Below, piece after piece: positions 33,469 to 35,905 of a stretch of DNA of 35,905 nt (the stretch's first letter is position 1; every line of letters starts with the position of its first letter). Under the pieces are notes generated by a model. That model was not told the origin of the DNA and did no database searches. It worked only from the letters and a program-made list of their open reading frames with translations. A program made the translations under genes and the position numbers. The DNA comes from Myxococcales bacterium (lineage in GTDB: Bacteria; Myxococcota; Myxococcia; Myxococcales; Myxococcaceae): contig VFKJ01000517.1 in the NCBI GenBank assembly GCA_009885595.1, forward strand, positions 1-35,905, read 5' to 3'.

Positions 33469-35905
33469 CGGCTCTCGATGCTTAGCGCCTGGAGTCTGCA
33501 TTCCCTGACGGCAAGGCGCCTGTGCGCGATCACGGCGTTTGAGCATGAGGCCGGCGACTCCAAAGAGCACGGAGAACAGATCGCCGCCGGAAGAGCACCC
33601 GCACCCGCGCGGCGCCTCGACCATCGGTGGCGCTGCCGCGACGGGCACCACGAAAGCGCGCGGCGCGGAATAGCCGCTGGAGAGCGGAGTGGTGTCGAGC
33701 GCCTCCACGCGCCAAAGGTAATTCCCGGGCGCGAGCGCCTCGGTCCCAGCGAGGCTCAGCGAGGTGCCGGCCGAAGGCAGGGCGCGAGGGGTCTCTCCTT
33801 CGGGCGTCAGCTCGAGCCGGTAGCTGACCGCATCGCCATCCAGATCCTCGGAGGCCCGCCAGGAGAATGACACTTCGCCGCCGGGGACTGGCTCGCCATC
33901 ACCTGGGGAGACCAGAACGGGTACTTCGGGCGCGTCGTTCACCGCCGTCACGGTGATGGAGACCGTCGCGGGCGTCGAGTCGAGTGCACTGTCGCTCGCC
34001 TTGAAGGTGAAGCTGTCGGGGCCATGAAAGTCGGCGCTCGGCGTGTACGTGACGCTGGTCGCGCTGGCCGTCAGCACGCCGTGAGCCGGCTGCGACACGA
34101 TGACGTAGCTGAGCGGGTCGCCGTCGACGTCGCTGCCCTCGAGGATGATGGCGGTGGAGGTGTCCTCGGGCGTCGTGACGGAAGTGGGCGTCGCGACCGG
34201 CCGCTCATTGAAGGTGGCGACCCTGCCGAAGACGCGACTGCCCGTGAAGCCGCGCCAGGCGTCGCCCCTCGAGTAGACCAGGAGGAGCTGCCCATCGCCG
34301 CGCGGAGCGATTGCGGGGCTGAATTCCACGGCGGCAGCCGCTGAGATGTCGATGCCAGACGCATCTTGAACCACGCCTCCCGCGCTCACCTGCGCGCCGA
34401 GGAGATCGAAGCTGGTGCCGCTTCGCCGACCACTCCAGACCGCGAGGAAGTGGGTGCCATTCCAGGCCACGGCCGGCCTGGGGAACGCGACTGTTCCGCT
34501 CGAGACGTCGATTCCGGCGGGCTCCTGAACGGTCCCCGTGGAGCTGACGGTCGCGCCGAAGATGCGCCATGTGCCACCGCGCGGATCACCCCAGACCACG
34601 AGGTAGTTGCCTCCGCCCCAAGCCACGGCTGGGGAGGTCTGACTGTCGGGCGCAGTCGAGATGGCGATGCCCGAGGGATCCTGCACCACACCGGTGGTGC
34701 TCACTCGCGTGCCGTAGATGTCGAGGTTGTCAGTGGCCGCACGCGCGTCCTGCCAGACGACGAAGTAGTCGGTTCCGTTCCAGACCACTGCCGGGGCCGA
34801 CTGGTCGCCCTGCGCAGTGGAGACGAGGATGCCCAGCGGGTCCTGCACCGTCCCGCCGGCACTCACCCTCGCGCCGTAGATGTCATCGGTGCCGGTGCGC
34901 CGGTCGGCCCAGACCACGAGGGAGCTGGTTCCATCCCAGGCGACCGCCGGGAGGTGCTGGTTGCCGGGCATGGTCGAGATGGGGATCCCTGAGGGGTCTT
35001 GCACCACGCCGGAGGCGCTGACCCGCGTCCCGTAGATGTCGAAGTTGGTGCTCCCGTTGCGCCCGTCCGTCCAGACGACGAGGTAGTTGGTTCCGTCCCA
35101 GGCGACCGCCGGCTCGTATCCCAGCGTCGCGGAGATCGCGATGCTCGAAGGACTGCTCACCACGCCCCCTGCGCTCACGATCGTCCCGTACACCTCTCCA
35201 CCTGGGCCGCGACCGTCGACCCACACCACGAGGTAGCTGGTTCCGTCTGAGGCCACGGCTGCAGAGTTTTGATAGTTCGCCGCCGTCGAGATGGTGATGC
35301 CGGATGGATCCTGAACGGTGCCCGTCGGGCTCACCCTCGAACCGCGGATATCATCCAAGCTGCGGCCTGGGCCTGGGCCCGCCCAGGCGACGAGGTAGTG
35401 GGCCCCGCCCCACGCAACTGCCGCGCTGGACCAGGACAGAGAATTGGATCCTGTCGAGATGGCGATGCCCGAGGGATCCTGCACCGTGCCCGCGGCGCTG
35501 ACCCGCGCCCCGTAGATGTCGTTGGTACCGCTGCGATTGTCCTGCCAGACGACGAAGGAGTCGGTTCCGTCCGAGGCGACTGCCGGTGCATATTGCCGCC
35601 CGACCGCCGTGGAGATGGGGATACCCAACGGGTCCAGCACTGCGCATGCAGCGGTCACTCTGGTGCCGTAGATGTCGTCGGTCCGTCCGTCGTACCAGAC
35701 GACGAGGTACTGGACTCCGTCCCAGGCCAGTGCCGGGCTACCCTTCTGGCTCGCCCATGGGAACGGTCCGTCTGCGATCGTGATGTTGGGCGTATCGAGG
35801 ACCGTCCCCATCGGGCTGACTCGCGCGCCTGAGATCGCCCCAGCAGCATCCGTCCACACCACGAGAGAGTTGGTTCCGTCCCAAGCCACTGCCGGTTTGC
35901 CAGCG
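33343..35905 (-). CDS. Large surface protein (5' end outside the window): at least 10 tandem ~52-aa repeats, a cadherin/Big-like domain, an FN3-like domain and a MYXO-CTERM-type sorting signal followed by a 62-aa tail
   Basis: The frame is open to the window edge. Repeat consensus: AVAWDGTxYLVVWxDxRxGxxDIYGxRVSxxGxVQDPSGIxIST. VDGDPLSYVIVSQPAHGVL...YTPSADFHGPDSFTFKASD is an Ig/cadherin-like module. GCGCSSGGDLFSVLFGVAGLMLKRR (33532-33606) matches the MYXO-CTERM pattern. Confidence 0.85.
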   Translation of the reverse strand, partial: AGKPAVAWDGTNSLVVWTDAAGAISGARVSPMGTVLDTPNITIADGPFPWASQKGSPALAWDGVQYLVVWYDGRTDDIYGTRVTAACAVLDPLGIPISTAVGRQYAPAVASDGTDSFVVWQDNRSGTNDIYGARVSAAGTVQDPSGIAISTGSNSLSWSSAAVAWGGAHYLVAWAGPGPGRSLDDIRGSRVSPTGTVQDPSGITISTAANYQNSAAVASDGTSYLVVWVDGRGPGGEVYGTIVSAGGVVSSPSSIAISATLGYEPAVAWDGTNYLVVWTDGRNGSTNFDIYGTRVSASGVVQDPSGIPISTMPGNQHLPAVAWDGTSSLVVWADRRTGTDDIYGARVSAGGTVQDPLGILVSTAQGDQSAPAVVWNGTDYFVVWQDARAATDNLDIYGTRVSTTGVVQDPSGIAISTAPDSQTSPAVAWGGGNYLVVWGDPRGGTWRIFGATVSSTGTVQEPAGIDVSSGTVAFPRPAVAWNGTHFLAVWSGRRSGTSFDLLGAQVSAGGVVQDASGIDISAAAAVEFSPAIAPRGDGQLLLVYSRGDAWRGFTGSRVFGRVATFNERPVATPTSVTTPEDTSTAIILEGSDVDGDPLSYVIVSQPAHGVLTASATSVTYTPSADFHGPDSFTFKASDSALDSTPATVSITVTAVNDAPEVPVLVSPGDGEPVPGGEVSFSWRASEDLDGDAVSYRLELTPEGETPRALPSAGTSLSLAGTEALAPGNYLWRVEALDTTPLSSGYSAPRAFVVPVAAAPPMVEAPRGCGCSSGGDLFSVLFGVAGLMLKRRDRAQAPCRQGMQTPGAKHREPSAGFRGPDRLPMLINDDHPSERFQLLDRQPGQRDRILTIGF
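34210..35905 (-). repeat. Tandem coding repeat array (about 156-bp units, at least 10 copies, continuing past the window edge)
   Basis: Ten full ~52-aa units and one degenerate unit are readable in the translation of 33343..35905. Recurrent W-x-D, DIYG-x-RVS and DP-x-GI-x-IS blocks are present. Confidence 0.85.

Noticed and set aside
31916-33535. Direct repeats (att-like) flanking the small-ORF island
   Set aside because: The two flanks share only short, trivial matches such as GGCTCT. They give no convincing target-site duplication, so the insertion mechanism remains unsupported.

Overview
High-GC (roughly 70%) chromosomal segment, most likely from a myxobacterium. This is inferred from a MYXO-CTERM-type sorting signal, a Frz-like chemosensory cluster, many lipoproteins and sigma54-like promoter motifs. 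I support about 34 protein-coding genes. Core content: a chemosensory operon (MCP 3' end, CheA-REC hybrid, CheB, CheR-TPR), rpmE, DUF1385, pepA, nrfHA (DNRA nitrite reductase), FKBP, two ArsA/Get3-like ATPases, serC, ruvB and lpxC. Accessory-looking content: an orphan CcrM-like DNA methyltransferase, a ParE/RelE-type toxin-antitoxin pair placed directly upstream of nrfHA, a PKD-metalloprotease lipoprotein separating the two ArsA-like genes, a TetR/di-iron oxygenase pair convergent with an MBL-like/SRPBCC pair, and a large MYXO-CTERM surface protein built from about 52-aa tandem repeats. The best candidate for something undescribed is 31966-33468. It holds 3-4 small, translationally coupled ORFs with atypical codon usage and no domain I can recognise, wedged between two convergent surface-protein genes. 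A roughly 40-bp C-rich palindromic REP-like element occurs three times, each time at a convergent gene junction. I found no rRNA, tRNA, CRISPR array, transposase or integrase. Most long antisense ORFs in the track are high-GC shadow ORFs. All functional calls come from motif recognition by eye; no database search was run.
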